Assembly: GCA_013239625.1 (NCBI GenBank)
Contig: MU053881.1
Span: forward strand, 11,917,957-11,978,207
Direction: 5' to 3'
Source: Lama guanicoe
Lineage: Eukaryota
Length of the DNA: 60,251 nt
The translations under genes and the position numbers were made by a program. The notes beneath the pieces are model-generated. The model made no database searches, was not told the DNA's origin, and was given only the letters and a program-made list of their open reading frames with translations. Each line of letters starts with the position of its first letter. Positions within the stretch are counted from its first letter, which is position 1. Of this stretch, positions 13,838-26,039 are shown piece after piece.

Positions 13838-14190
13838 TCAGGGTTGTTGGTGGCAAATGATAGAAACTATGTTTAAAAAAGACAAAAAAAAAAAGGAGTA
13901 TTTTGGGGAGACATTGTAGAGGTATTTGGAGAGAAACGGGGCACATCAGTGGCAGGCTGGCAGCCACGCCTGGAAAATGGGAAAGAATATAGAGAACTGT
14001 CATATGACTCTTGTTCAAGATTCAGAAATTCTCCTGGGGGGCAATTATTCAAGCCTAACTATCTTCTCCATTCCCTGGATGTATCTGGGAGGTGAGCCTT
14101 GCATCCCACTAAGATATTCCTAAAAGAGCTTCTCTAAAAGGTGTGATGCAGGAAAACGATACAAAACAAAAAGAAATCTTACCACAGCAG
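13838..14190. mobile_element. MLT1-type (ERVL-MaLR) LTR, old
   Basis: Starts gtcagggttgttggtggcaaatgatagaaacta, as old MLT1 LTR ends do. Confidence 0.55.
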
Positions 14191-14804
14191 ATGTGATGGA
14201 CCAGCTGAAAGTCATGGTGACAGCTAACACTGGCTTAGATCTTTGGAGCTCACAGAGCCGTACCAAAATTACTCTTAAATCAGATCACTTCCATCTTAAA
14301 AATGATGAGTTTTTGTTATTCTAAATACATGATTTTCCATGTGTCCTTCTTCTAAAATGTTTATATATTCATCTTATTACATTTCTACCATATGCAGGGA
14401 ACATTCAGAATCTCTGTTGAGTCACCCTTCATATTATTCAGTTCCTCTTCCTTGCTATACTCTGTTATGTTCCCTTGACTCTTATTAGTTATTTTTCAAC
14501 AAATCTGTAAAACAGAATGGAGAGTGTCATGTTTACACAACAGCACTTCGAGTATTATTGTTCCTAGTAAAAAATGAGCAAACTATGACTTAAGAGACAT
14601 GTTTAAGAAGAGAATGCCCAAAGTTTACAATGCTAGTTAGGACTAAAGATGGGATCCAAAACCTTTATCTGACGATAAAGTTTGGCTGTAAGCAATGAGG
14701 TCATTCTGGTGTAGAATATCAATAATTGTTTCCAAATGTTTCCTTCTATTAAACAGAGAACTGAATGCCCCACTTCATTACTTTTTAAGCTACAGTATCT
14801 GTTC

Positions 14805-15250
14805 ATTCATATTTTCAACAAGTGGTAATCTAGCAACTTTGTGTCAGGCACTTTTCTAAATTCTTCAAGTACATCTGTAAATTAAAGGAAAAAAGATCTC
14901 TGTGCCCACGTATCTTTGTGGCAGAGGTTGAATTAGATAATAGTACATTTTCCTTATACAGTATTTTAGATGGATGCCAAGTACAATGAAAAAATAATTA
15001 AAGGAGTGTAGGGCAAGTAGGAAATGGGAATGCTGGGGAGCAAAGGGTTGAGAGTTTCTTTCAGGTAGCAGTCATGTACTAGACTGAACCATGTACAATT
15101 GTTTTGACTTATGAAAACAGCAATTTCATTGGGTTCAGCCTATCTTGTTGGTTAAGGTAGACATCATTAAGAAGGTGAGATGTGAGCAAAGATTTGAAGG
15201 GCTAAGGGAATTAGCCAGGCAGGTAACTAGAGGAAGAATGATTTAGGTTC
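14805..15250 (-). mobile_element. L2 3' region, antisense, interrupted by MADE2
   Basis: ttcattcatattttcaacaag...tgtgtcaggcacttttcta; gaaggtgagatgtgagcaaagatttgaagg. Confidence 0.75.
15079..15142. mobile_element. MADE2-like Tc1/mariner MITE
   Basis: Imperfect palindrome TAGACTGAACCATGTACAATTG...CAATTTCATTGGGTTCAGCCTA with TA ends. Confidence 0.7.
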
Positions 15251-15659
15251 CTATGGTCTATTATATATTCTCCCTTTATCATTTCAGTTTAAAGCTCTCT
15301 TAATCTAGCTGTTGGTCTCCTATCGTAAATATTCTGGTCTGAGACATTCATTGTTATATGCCAAAACTACCATCATAGAAGTTTTAGGCATCAGAAAAAC
15401 TAATGTTTTTCATAATGCCACTCAAGTTGTGAGCATTTCACATATTCCTTCGTTTTCCAAATAAAAAATACAGTGAAAGACTTTTTATGAAACTTCAAGT
15501 TTAAAGTATTTCCCTTGCAGTGATTAAAAAGAAGTAGTTATGCTTTGTCTTTCGGCCTATTGGTTACAGCCACATGAAAAATAGTTGCAGGATGTTCAAT
15601 ATGTTTGGTAAAGCCTAGCAGGCTCTGTTACAATCTGGTTATCCCTCCCGGACATCATC

Positions 15660-16354
15660 TGTGCAGTGAAGGATTAACTCAGCAGGCCTTGGTTACTCAG
15701 ATCCTGCATATTCCAAAATAAAGAACTGATCCTTGACTAGCTCTTGGTAGAAAACTTCTACTTGGGATATCTGGCCTCAGAAGTGCTCTTGTATGCCTGA
15801 GGCCTGGGGCCAGGCCACATGTGCAGCCAGTATAGCTTACGGTGAACGCCTGAGGCTTTGGCCCATGTTCTGTCGATTTGACCTCCGGGAAGCCTGGACA
15901 CTGGGTACTCAGGTCCATCACACAGGTGATGCATGCCTACAAGGCTCACCTCCAATATACTTTGCACATTGTGTCCCACTGTTCCTGGGGGAACTATGCA
16001 TCGTTTGTGCCATTCCTCTGAGAGAGGATAACAGGAAGCTTGCGCCTCACTTCTCCTGGACTCCACTCTGTGTCCTTTCCCTTTCCTGATAGTAATGTAT
16101 CTTTTCACTTTATAAACTATATGTATCTGACTATAACAGCTTCTCTGAGGTTTTTTTCCCCTATTTAAAAAAATTATTTATTTACTTGGGAGGAGGTAGT
16201 TACGTTTATTTATTTATGTTTAAAGAAGTCCTGGAGATTGAACCCAGGACCTTGTGCGTGCTAAGCATGTGCTCTACCACTTGAGCTATACCCTCCCCCT
16301 TCTCTGAGCTTTTTGAGTCCTTCAAATGAACTGCTGAGACCAAGAGTGGTCTTG
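15660..16354 (+). mobile_element. MER68-like ERVL LTR, interrupted by a SINE
   Basis: Begins tgtgcagtgaaggattaactcagcaggcc and ends gtggtcttgaggactgaca, matching recalled MER68 termini. Confidence 0.75.
16150..16298 (-). mobile_element. tRNA(Ala)-derived SINE, camelid Vic-1 type
   Basis: Minus strand reads GGGGAGGGTATAGCTCAAGTGGTAGAGCACATGCTTAGCACGCACAAGGTCCTGGGTTCAATCTCCAGG (A and B boxes), then (TAAA)n and an A tail. TSD CTTCTCTGAG at 16140-16149 and 16299-16308. Confidence 0.9.
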
Positions 16355-18097
16355 AGGACTGACACCACCACCCACCACACTTTCTCTCTTCTTTCTGGGA
16401 CACTGTAACAGCTTTCATTTTTCCTTTCAGGATCTGAGAGTCCCTAACCACTGAGCAGAGCTCAGGATCAGAAGTAGGCAGTCTCATAATGGTGTTTCAG
16501 AGCCTCCACCCCATCCCTATTTAATATTCCTCCACAGGTTAATGTATGTACAAGAATTTGTCATTATTTTTCACATTTCAGGTCTCCCTACCCCAACCTC
16601 CATCCTGGTTGCTTCTCCTATTTTGATTAGGAGCTTTTCATTTTGGAAAGTAAGCTGAGATGCAGAGATTTCAGCATTTTTCCCAAGCACCCTAAGTGCC
16701 TCTTGTACATCCCAACAGTTGTAAAGATGAAGTGCTCAGTTACAGTCTTCTTAATCAGTTATCTATTCCAAAAAGACTAGTGACCAAAGTATTTATGAAT
16801 CTCCTATTTTTCCTATTTTCTCTTCCTAGTAAAAATTAACATTAAACATTGACTTTTTAAAATAAAATGTATGTAAGGTATAAGAACGTGGAAAACATAC
16901 TAATTGCATGGACAGCTAGACCATTCACCTAATATTATTCCTATGTTAAAAATTAAATAACTTTATACATATATTAAAGATCATGCATTCTTATATAAAT
17001 TAAATCTTTTCCTTTAGTAACAAAAAGGAGAGTCCTTAAAATTTTAAATACTTTTAGCAGTAAACTGACTTAAACAGTTTTTTACAGCAAATGGCACATC
17101 TCTGTAAAGAACGGATTAATGCAATAATGGAATTGGGAAACATAAACCCAAACTGGCAAGTAATTATTTCATATTTGGACTTTTTGAGTTGCATTTTGGT
17201 TATACATCACCCTCACAGTAACCTAACAATTTTCAAATGAGCGAGAAAAGATGAAAATAAAGTTAATTAAAATAATTATGTAGTTATGAAACATGTTTTA
17301 AAATTTCTTCAATATGCCCTATTTCAAAAGTTATACTCCTTTTTTAAAATGACACAAAAATGAGTGCTCAAGATAAGCAATGAAGCAACTATTCCGTTGA
17401 AAGCATCTGGCAAATCACTACTTATGAAATTATGTTTAATACTACCTTAACCTAATGAAATAAAATAATTCTGTTGAGTAGTAATCATTTTTCCATCTCC
17501 GTAAATTCTGTTTGTATAAGTAATGAACCAATACTTTATGCCTCTGTGGAGTAACCTATGCACGTTATTATTTGACTGATCTGCCTTTTGTGGCAGATTA
17601 TTTTAAGTAGAACTGTTACTGTAAATGAATTAGCTTAAATGTATGGTTCTAAATTAGTGACTATAAATTACAGCTCCATGATTTGTCATCATTTTGGTTG
17701 ATATAGGATTGCATTTAAATATATTATAATTGAGAAATGATTTGAATACTACATGTTCAGTCACTTTGATAAGTTACCATCTCTACCACTATATTTAGCT
17801 TCTTTCTGGGACTTGTAGCTTTTGGCAATTCAGAAACTGACTGAAAACCTCTAACTTCCAGATAACTCACTGTCAGTTAAAAGGGGCACAGCATAAACAG
17901 CACCTCAGTTTATGAAAATATACCTTAACTCACAGAACTCACTGAACAGAATGGTATTTATGGAAAATAGGCAAAGGAGACCTGCCATGACTAGATTCAA
18001 ATGTTCTAGTCTTAATGATCTGGTACCAATAAGATTTTACCATTGAACTTGACATGGCTCTACTGTTTGCTAATCAGACAATTGATTCCCATTGTAG

Positions 18098-19290
18098 AAA
18101 ATCTCAGCAGTGTTCTCCTAGGGCAGTCTACCCAAGCAATACAGATAAAAGCAACAATAAACAAATGGGACCTAATTAAACTTACACGCTTTTGCACAGC
18201 AAAGGAAACCATAAGCGAAACAAAAAGACCACCTGCAGAATGGGAGAAAATATTTGCCAAAGAGACAACTGACAAGGATTTAATTTCCGGAATAGATAAA
18301 CAGTTCATACAACTTAGTAACAAAAACCAAAAAACCCAATCAATAATGGGCAGAAGACCTAAACAAGCAATTCTCCAATGAAGACATACAAATGGCCAAC
18401 AGGCACGTAAAAAAATGCTCAGTATTGCTAATTATCAGAGAAATGCAAATCAAAACTACAAGGAGGTGTCGCTTCACACCGGTCAGAATGGCCATAATTC
18501 AAAAGTCCACAAATGATAAATGCTGGAAAGGGTGTGGAGAAAAGGGAACCCTCCTACACTATTGGTGTGAATGTAGTCTGGTGCAGCCATTATGGAAAAC
18601 AGTATGAAGATTCCTTAAAAGACTAAAAATAAAAGACTAAGACTTATATGATCCAGCAATCCCACTCCTGGGCATATATCTAGAGGGAACTCTAATTCAA
18701 AAAGATACATGCACCCCAGTGTTCACAGCAGCACTATTTACAATAGCCAGGACATGGAAACAACCTAAATGTCCATCGACAGATGACTAGATAAAGAAGC
18801 TGTAATATATTTATACAACGGAATACCACTCAGCCATAAAAAAGAATAAAATAACACCATTTGCAACAACATGGGTGGACCTGGAGAATGTCATTCTAAG
18901 TGAAGTAAGCCAGAAAGAGAAAGAAAAATACCGTATGGTATCACTCACATGTGGAATCTTAAAAAGAACAACCAACAAACCTATTGACAAAACAGAAACA
19001 GACTCACAGACATAGAAAACAAACTTAGGAGGGTGGGAAGGAATAAATTGGGAGTTCAAGATTTGTAGATATTTATATATATATATATATACAAACACAC
19101 ACACACACAAGTTTATACTATACAGCACAGGGAACTATATTCAATATCTTGTAGTAACTTACGGTGAAACAGAATATGAAAGTGAATATATGTATGTTCC
19201 CATATGACTGAAGGATTGTACTGTACACCAGAAATTCACACAACATTGTAAACTGACTATACTTCAATAAAAACGTAAAAAAATAAAGAA
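18098..19290 (+). mobile_element. Young 5'-truncated L1 (ORF2 C-terminus, 3'UTR and polyA)
   Basis: ORFs 18043-18381 (INKWDLIKLTRFCTAKETI) and 18392-18607 (REMQIKTT...[16 protein letters not shown], Cys-rich domain) are frameshifted ORF2. Ends gactatacttcaataaaaa followed by an A-rich tail. Confidence 0.96.
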
Positions 19291-20051
19291 AACCCACTTC
19301 CCTTGTGAAATGCGGCACTGAGGGAAGATGTTTTTGTTTTTAAAGAAGTTATTATAAATGTACAGAGAAGCACAGAAACGAGTAGGAATCACTGCCTTTT
19401 ATGTTGGTTCAGTAAAGAGTTTTACTGAACTCTTTTAAGAATAAGAATTTTAGAACAATATATGCAAGTAAGAGTTACCTGCCAAGGAGAAAAGATTAGA
19501 TTTCATGTATCTTTAGGGGAAGAAAACAATTTTCAGGTATGTTTCCTGAATAGGTCTGTCTAAAGTATACGTAAAAGACAGCATTTTAAGAAAATAAGAA
19601 TTTGGCCCTGGGTAAGATTAGGCAAGTGTAGGAGAAAAGACAGCATGTATAAATTTAACTTGAATATTAAAAGAATGATGTAATCTCTATTTCATCTGCT
19701 CTTGCCCTTCAAACATCAGAATTATGTTTCATTCATAAGTGAACTTTTCATTCACTTCATGAAACACCTCTAATGTGCCAGAGTCATATATAGATCTCTT
19801 AGGTTCTACTTTTGCTTCATTTTTAGTATCAGAGTATTTCTTACTTTCTTTCCAGATCCACAGTATGATTGTTACAGATTATCCAGCATTCTTACATGTT
19901 CCTTGGGGTATCAAACTCACCATTCTACCAGAAGCCAAACTAGTAATACTTAGCTTCAAACAATTTATTTATTATGTAGTACACTGATTAACTTTCATGA
20001 AAATAAAATTCATTAAAAGTAAAAAAAATAATTTATAGGAAATAGTTTTCT

Positions 20052-20237
20052 TAGCAGGAATTTTAGGTATAAAATTTTAAAAGTCTTGAACGAAGCAGTG
20101 TTCACAATGAAAAATGTAGACAAAGCAAAATCCGTGTCTACCATTAATAGAAATTTCAGGTGTAAACTTTAAAAAGCCCTGAAGGAAGTAGTGTTTACAA
20201 TGAAAAATGTCAACAAAGCAAAATCCTTGTCTACCAT
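20052..20237 (+). repeat. Degenerate tandem duplication, two copies of about 93 bp
   Basis: acaatgaaaaatgt...caaagcaaaatcc.tgtctaccat recurs starting at 20104 and 20197. Confidence 0.9.
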
Positions 20238-20885
20238 CTGTACAGCTGCCCCTCCAGCCCCAGGTCAAGCAAAAGCTGTGCAGCATTAAGAGAGCAGAAT
20301 CACCAGTGTGCCACTCAGGGTCATTTATAAAGTCACATCTTGTCTTCCCTATAAATTTTTTTTTAATACTACAGTTTTTCCAAATGCCTTATATGTAGTT
20401 TTCTCAACTAACCAGATTGTGTCCCTACAGCTGCTCTACAGAAGTAAAGGAAAAGAAACACACCGATTTTAAACATCTTTGTCTATCCCTGGTAAAACTA
20501 TAGTTTGTATCTAGGTGAATCCATACATTTATTTCCTATTTATTAGGGAGAGGTGCATAGGAATACTCCAGAGGCAGCAGGAAGACCCTCTAGAATCAAC
20601 TTGTTCCAAATAACCTTAAAGAAAATAAGCTTCTGGTAGATGGAAACATCCAGTACTAATAGGTTGCCTGCAGATTTGTTCCCCTAAGTCTGTAAATATG
20701 TAATGACATGAAAGAATAATTTCACTAAAGTTGAGGTTCTAGCAAGAATAGTGGAATTGTATTATCTATAAATTTAAAAATATGTATTTGTTTTGCCAGA
20801 AATGATAAGTAGTCTCATTAAAATGATGGTGAATGACCTAAGAGAGAGTACCAGTGTTAAGAGCAAACTGATACACTTAGTAGTT

Positions 20886-21050
20886 TAAAAAAAGAATAAA
20901 AGAAAGGAATGGAAGGAGGAAAGGAAAAAGGGGAGGATAGAGAAGGGAAAGGGGGAAAAAGAAGGGGAGGAAGAAGCAAGGGAGATAAGGGGAAAAGGAA
21001 GGAAAGGAGGAAGGACACAAGATAGGAAAGAAATGGAGGAAGAGAAAATC
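20886..21050 (+). repeat. GA-rich low-complexity (polypurine) tract
   Basis: Almost entirely A/G over about 165 bp. Confidence 0.9.
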
Positions 21051-21789
21051 CTTTCCTTAAATGGTACAAGTCCCGTGGAAAAATGCTGATTCAAGGATGA
21101 GCAAGAGGACAAGAAGCTGAATGGGAAGTCTGTGTGGTTTATTTGTTCTTTTCAAAGGGGTAATGGTGTATTTGTAAATATATTTGTTATTTAAAATGAA
21201 ATCCAGGAGTGGTTTCAGTGAAGCTTATAACTAGAATTGCATTTGCATTACTAAGCAGTTAAGTACTTACTCCAACTACTGTGTGTGCATGACCGAATGG
21301 TTTAATGGCACATCCAAGGTTGAGACAGCTCCCCAGGGCTCCACAACTCACTGAGATCCCTCAGAGGACATCACTAAATCAGCAGATCCACAATCTGCAA
21401 AAACACATCCTCTCAACTGTTCAGGGGCCCTGAAACAGCTTCCTCCTTCTGGAGATCATGAAAATGGATTAATGTTAGAAGCCTAGGGTTCAGCCTATCT
21501 TATGTAGCTTACAGACCCAATAAACAATATTTAGGGGAGAACTTTGGTACTTTGGTATTTGAACATTTTCTTTCCCTGACTATATTCTGATTAAATTATT
21601 TGTACAAAGGAAAATAAGCTCGTGGGAATGAGTGCTTTCTCACACTTTTCCAGGAGATAATTACTAGGTGTAGTAGAAGCTAATCCATTTTAGTGATATT
21701 CAGTTAGGAAAGGTATCAATTATTATTTGTAAAAAGAATGATGTAGTTGAGTAAGTCCCTTCTAACTATGTTCTCTCCTTTTCAGAGTT

Positions 21790-22460
21790 TTTAAATTTTT
21801 TTTCAAATATATCATTTGCAAGCCTTTAGCTGTATTTAATGGCACAAATAGGGAGATACACATCTACTCTATCTTGTGTTCTTTCATGTGAACTTTATAC
21901 ATACATGTTGTGAAAAACCTAATTATGATTTTTGACTGAAACCACTTTAAGTTTAATTATTGACTTAAAGAATCTTACTTTTATGTTCCCAAAGTGCTTT
22001 ATAATTTGCTACATAAGGTTCTTTTACATATTTTGTTAGATGCATTCCTTCAGACGTTTTACTTTTTTTACTAGTAGAATCTTACTATTTTCTAATTGAT
22101 TATTGCTGATAGATAGGAACCCTGGTGACTTTTGTGTGGGTATACATGTATCTCAGATCTTATAACTTTGAACTCTCTAATGCTAATATTTTATCTAAAA
22201 ATTCTCTTAGAGTCAACAAATGGATTATCATATAAGCTACAAATAAAAACTGCTTTCTCTCTCCTTTTTCAGCTTCTTACTTACATGTATTCTTTTTCTT
22301 ACCTTATTGCAATTTCTTGGATACCCAGTAGTTGATTTGAAGACATCTTTGTCTTATGTCTGATTTAAAAGGATACTCACTTTTATTTATTATGCTATTA
22401 TGAAAATCTTTCATTAATTATAGCTTTCTTTTTCCTCTTACTGTTAATATAATGAAATTA
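21790..22460 (-). mobile_element. Old L1 ORF2 fragment, antisense
   Basis: catattttgttagatgcattcct; ttttctaattgattattgctgatagatagga; tctttttcttaccttattgca. Confidence 0.7.
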
Positions 22461-23719
22461 TACTGCACACATCTAGAAACATTAAAAATTGACTTAAGGA
22501 AAAATATGTATTATGTCATTGTAAATGTAATGAAGATCCACTGAGGGTATGCGATTACAAAATCAGTTTATCACTTCACAGAATTATAAAGAAATTTAAA
22601 CTGATTTCAGCTCTAGTCTGTTTTTCCCTTGAGGCCAGTAATCAGACTTAGTATTTTTACATGTAATTACCAGATCAAGCAGGTATGAGTAACCAAAATG
22701 ATGATAAATCTGTATTAATCATCACCGTGTACTCTTCTGTATATAAACCATATAGCTTTATGTAGAATATTCACTTGTAAACCTTAAATAGGTAAAATTT
22801 AGTTTTTACATTGCAAGAGAGAAACACTTTTCTGTCTGTAATTCTTAATAGGGTGAAGTATCAACGCATTTTAATTCAACTCAACCCAGATGTCAGCTAG
22901 GATGTTCTCGACATTAAGATCATGGTAGGAATTATTCAAATACAGAAATTTAATGACTAGGACTTCACAAGATTTCCGCTAATCTCTGGTGTTCAAGCAT
23001 GGTTCAGTTTCTTCCTCTGGACTCGATATTATATTCTACCACCATGGCCAAATTAGTATAAAGCTCAGCTTTTATGCCTGATAGGACAAGAGAATTCATC
23101 ACACTAAGAATTTCATAAATTGGTTTACGGGTTCAGATCACATCAGATTCCACACTGTATTCCACTGACATGCAGAACAAACAGCTGCTCCTCTGTTTTA
23201 ATTGTCCTCACCCTGGTGCAGACTGCGAGCATCCAGTCTAAGCCTCTTCTGTTGTCTCAGCACCTGCCGTGCTTTACATTTTAAAGTCACCTTTAAAAAT
23301 AAAGTGGTCTCTTTTTTCATACTAAAAGATGCATCCCTTTGTACAATGAATTAATAATTATTTCCAAAATAACATAATATTTACAAACTTCTTACACATG
23401 CACCTTTATCGTTCCTGGAAAACATGTTCAGTCTCATGTTTACTTCATAGTCACACCCTTAAAGTTGTTCCATACCACTGGAATTAAATCTTTTTAACTT
23501 CTATAAAACTCTGTCATCCAAAAGATTGTTACTCATTAAAACCACGCTGTAAATCATATTTTTTTCGAGCATTAACCCAGAGAAGAACATGACAGAATAT
23601 CAATAATGTATGCAGCTTGATGCCTTTTCACATATTGATTTACATGTCATTTGTCTGCAATTATTGTTTAAATACAATAATTTGCCAATAGGATACTCTT
23701 AACATTGCATAAAAGGATC

Positions 23720-23968
23720 AGACTGCCACCCAAGCCCAACTTTATTGTTTCTTTGTTGTTTTCCACTTGGAATATTAAAGAGTATCTTAACACAAGTGGA
23801 ACACATTTACTTGAGCATTGCTGTCATCTGTGTTGAACACAATAATTCATCTGAGATCTTCTTCTTGTATTTATCAATATAAGATCGGCTAACCCTCCTC
23901 TGTGACAAGCATAAGGGCATGTTGATGGCCTGAAGACCATCAGTTCTGCAGGTCCTGGACAAGGGACC
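23720..23968 (-). other. Candidate terminal exon of an unidentified minus-strand transcript
   Basis: Acceptor catctttgttacag|GGTCCC at 23968 and AATAAA on the minus strand at 23746-23741, in non-repetitive sequence. Motif evidence only. Confidence 0.3.
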
Positions 23969-24153
23969 CTGTAACAAAGATGCGAAGTATGATTTCCTAC
24001 TCTGAAAATCAAGTATTTCTTTTCACCTGTTTCGTTTAAAAGAAAATAAGGAGCAATCTCAAACCAAACCAAAGATCCCTTCCTCCGTGACAACTGCCTC
24101 CAAATAACCCCACACGGGATGGAGATGCTCATTCACTTTGCTTCATCCTCTAC

Positions 24154-24384
24154 CTTCAAACTGGAGACAGTAATCAGATGCAATTATTAGAAGCCCTGAC
24201 TTCATCATTCCCACACCAGGGTGAAATGGCCTAGAGTCAGTGCTTCCAATTAGGCTGGGTGGCCCAGAAACGGACAAGCTGATTTATAGATAGCTGTGCT
24301 TAGTTCGATCCCGGAGGCCCCAGAGGAAACGCCTGGAGGAGAAGCTGAATCTCCCTATCAAGTGGCTCTCAGCTCTGTCACTAG
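24154..24384 (-). other. Candidate exon of minus-strand transcript
   Basis: Strong acceptor ttcagttttctgtttaattctgtag|CTAGTG at 24384, with a possible weaker donor GAAG|gtagag at 24154. Confidence 0.35.
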
Positions 24385-24870
24385 CTACAGAATTAAACAG
24401 AAAACTGAACGTGAAGAGAGATTTTTTTTTTTTCCTCTTACAGTATGGTCCATTCTTAAATCACTCTGACATTAATAGGAAAATTCCATAGGCACACTTG
24501 CATGTCCTCATTAAAGGATAGAAATTAAAGAAGAAGTGACAGAGTAATCACTAAACCAACTGCAGAGGAGATGCCCACAGGAATAACAGACTCGGTTCAC
24601 ATTTTAAGTAGTTCAGTCTGAAAGATTCAAAATATCCTTTTAGGGAACTGGTATCAAAAGTATGCTCAGTCACATATCACACCTCCCATACTGTTTAGAT
24701 CAACTGAAATTATTCCTATTTTGAGCTTTTTAAACCATTTGCTACAGAGCTCATCTCTTTGACAAACTTTAGAGGGAATCAATAAATGACAGAGTAAAAC
24801 TTAAATTGCTTTGCCTATTTTTGGGTAGAAAGTAGAGCCCTGGCTGCTCCTTTACTCCAAAAGAACTCTC

Positions 24871-24872
<2 letters not shown>

Positions 24873-24908
<36 letters not shown>
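24873..24908 (+). repeat. (AC)n microsatellite
   Basis: About 18 uninterrupted AC units. Confidence 0.97.
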
Positions 24909-24911
<3 letters not shown>

Positions 24912-26039
24912 CCACAGTACTTCAGGGAAGCTTAAAACAACTCCTTGTCATTTTGGACATAGTGCAAAACCTAGAACTACAGAAAACCCACAGCAAAATG
25001 GCACGTCTCCCTTTTTAATCTTCAAAGACATCAATTCTTTCCACATAAAGGAAGGAGGCAGAAAATGAAAAATGCTTTCTAGTCTGAGATGTTCCAAATC
25101 CTCTTTGAAACCAGCCATAAACAGTCCTGGCAAAAGGCAAGAGAGAATTGTCTATATTCAAGTGAATATATGCATGATTTTTAAGTTGCACCCTTGATTA
25201 GATTTCTGGTTTTGATGCAAAGCAAAATGCCACCATAAAGCCAATTTTTCTGGAGAGAAAGTTTAAATAGTGAATAAGAGGATGAGGACATTTAGGGAGA
25301 GAAATAAGACACTGATATTGTCTGACTTGTAGAGAAAGAGAGAATGTAAAGGGAGGCCTGCCTAACACAGGGGAGATGTGATTTACTATCTAAAGCTAGA
25401 ATTTTAAGAGAAAACAGTTCAGAAAAAAATTTCACATTCCATCACCTCAACAGCCCTCACTTCCATTTTTACTTGGTAAAGGTATCTATCTGTCCACCAT
25501 AACAAGTGGTGCAGAGGAGAAATGCTGAGCATTTAATGTGTTTAATAAAATTATTTTATGCTGCAGACATGCATTTGTCATCCTTGCAAGGTAATAAAAA
25601 TCCACCTCTCCTGAGCAAGAGTGACACCGGTAAAACTGTTCCAGGCAGACTAAAAATGTGAAAATGAAAAGTCATCACCAACCTAGAAGACACCCAAAAA
25701 GGTTAAGATTCAGGAAGCAGTGTGCAATTTTTGCTTTGGGGTAAACTATAGAATCAAGATTTTCAATTATAAGAAACAGAAAACCAGCAAACTTAAATGT
25801 GCCATTTCTCACTTTTTGTGCTGAAAGAAGAAATTTCAGTATCAACATAAACAAGTAACATTTAAAATAAAGATGTAGAAATAGTCGTTAAAACTACTGC
25901 CAAAGAGGGTGGGGGACAGGAAAAGGCTAATGCATTGTAGAATCGGCTCAGAAATTCAAACCAAATGTACACTCTGCCAGGCATAAGAGGCTGCTGAGAG
26001 AGGGGACGCGGCTTGATTTTTTGAAGTACATGAAGTGAT

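Noticed and set aside
15697..16108. Three overlapping ORFs up to 116 aa
   Set aside because: They lie inside a MER68-like LTR, with no recognisable protein similarity.
16225..16298. tRNA-Ala gene
   Set aside because: It has an extended A-rich tail and a TSD, and a poorly paired acceptor stem, so it is a SINE head.
18043..18607. ORFs of 112 and 71 aa as host genes
   Set aside because: They are frameshifted L1 ORF2 C-terminal fragments within a truncated L1.
18080..19312. TSD for the 1.2-kb L1 (ttcccattgtagaaa versus ttcccttgtgaaa)
   Set aside because: The match needs gaps and does not abut the polyA, which is unconvincing for a young element.
20857..21112. Hydrophobic F/P/S/L-rich ORFs resembling membrane peptides
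   Set aside because: They are simply the translation of a low-complexity CT-rich strand.
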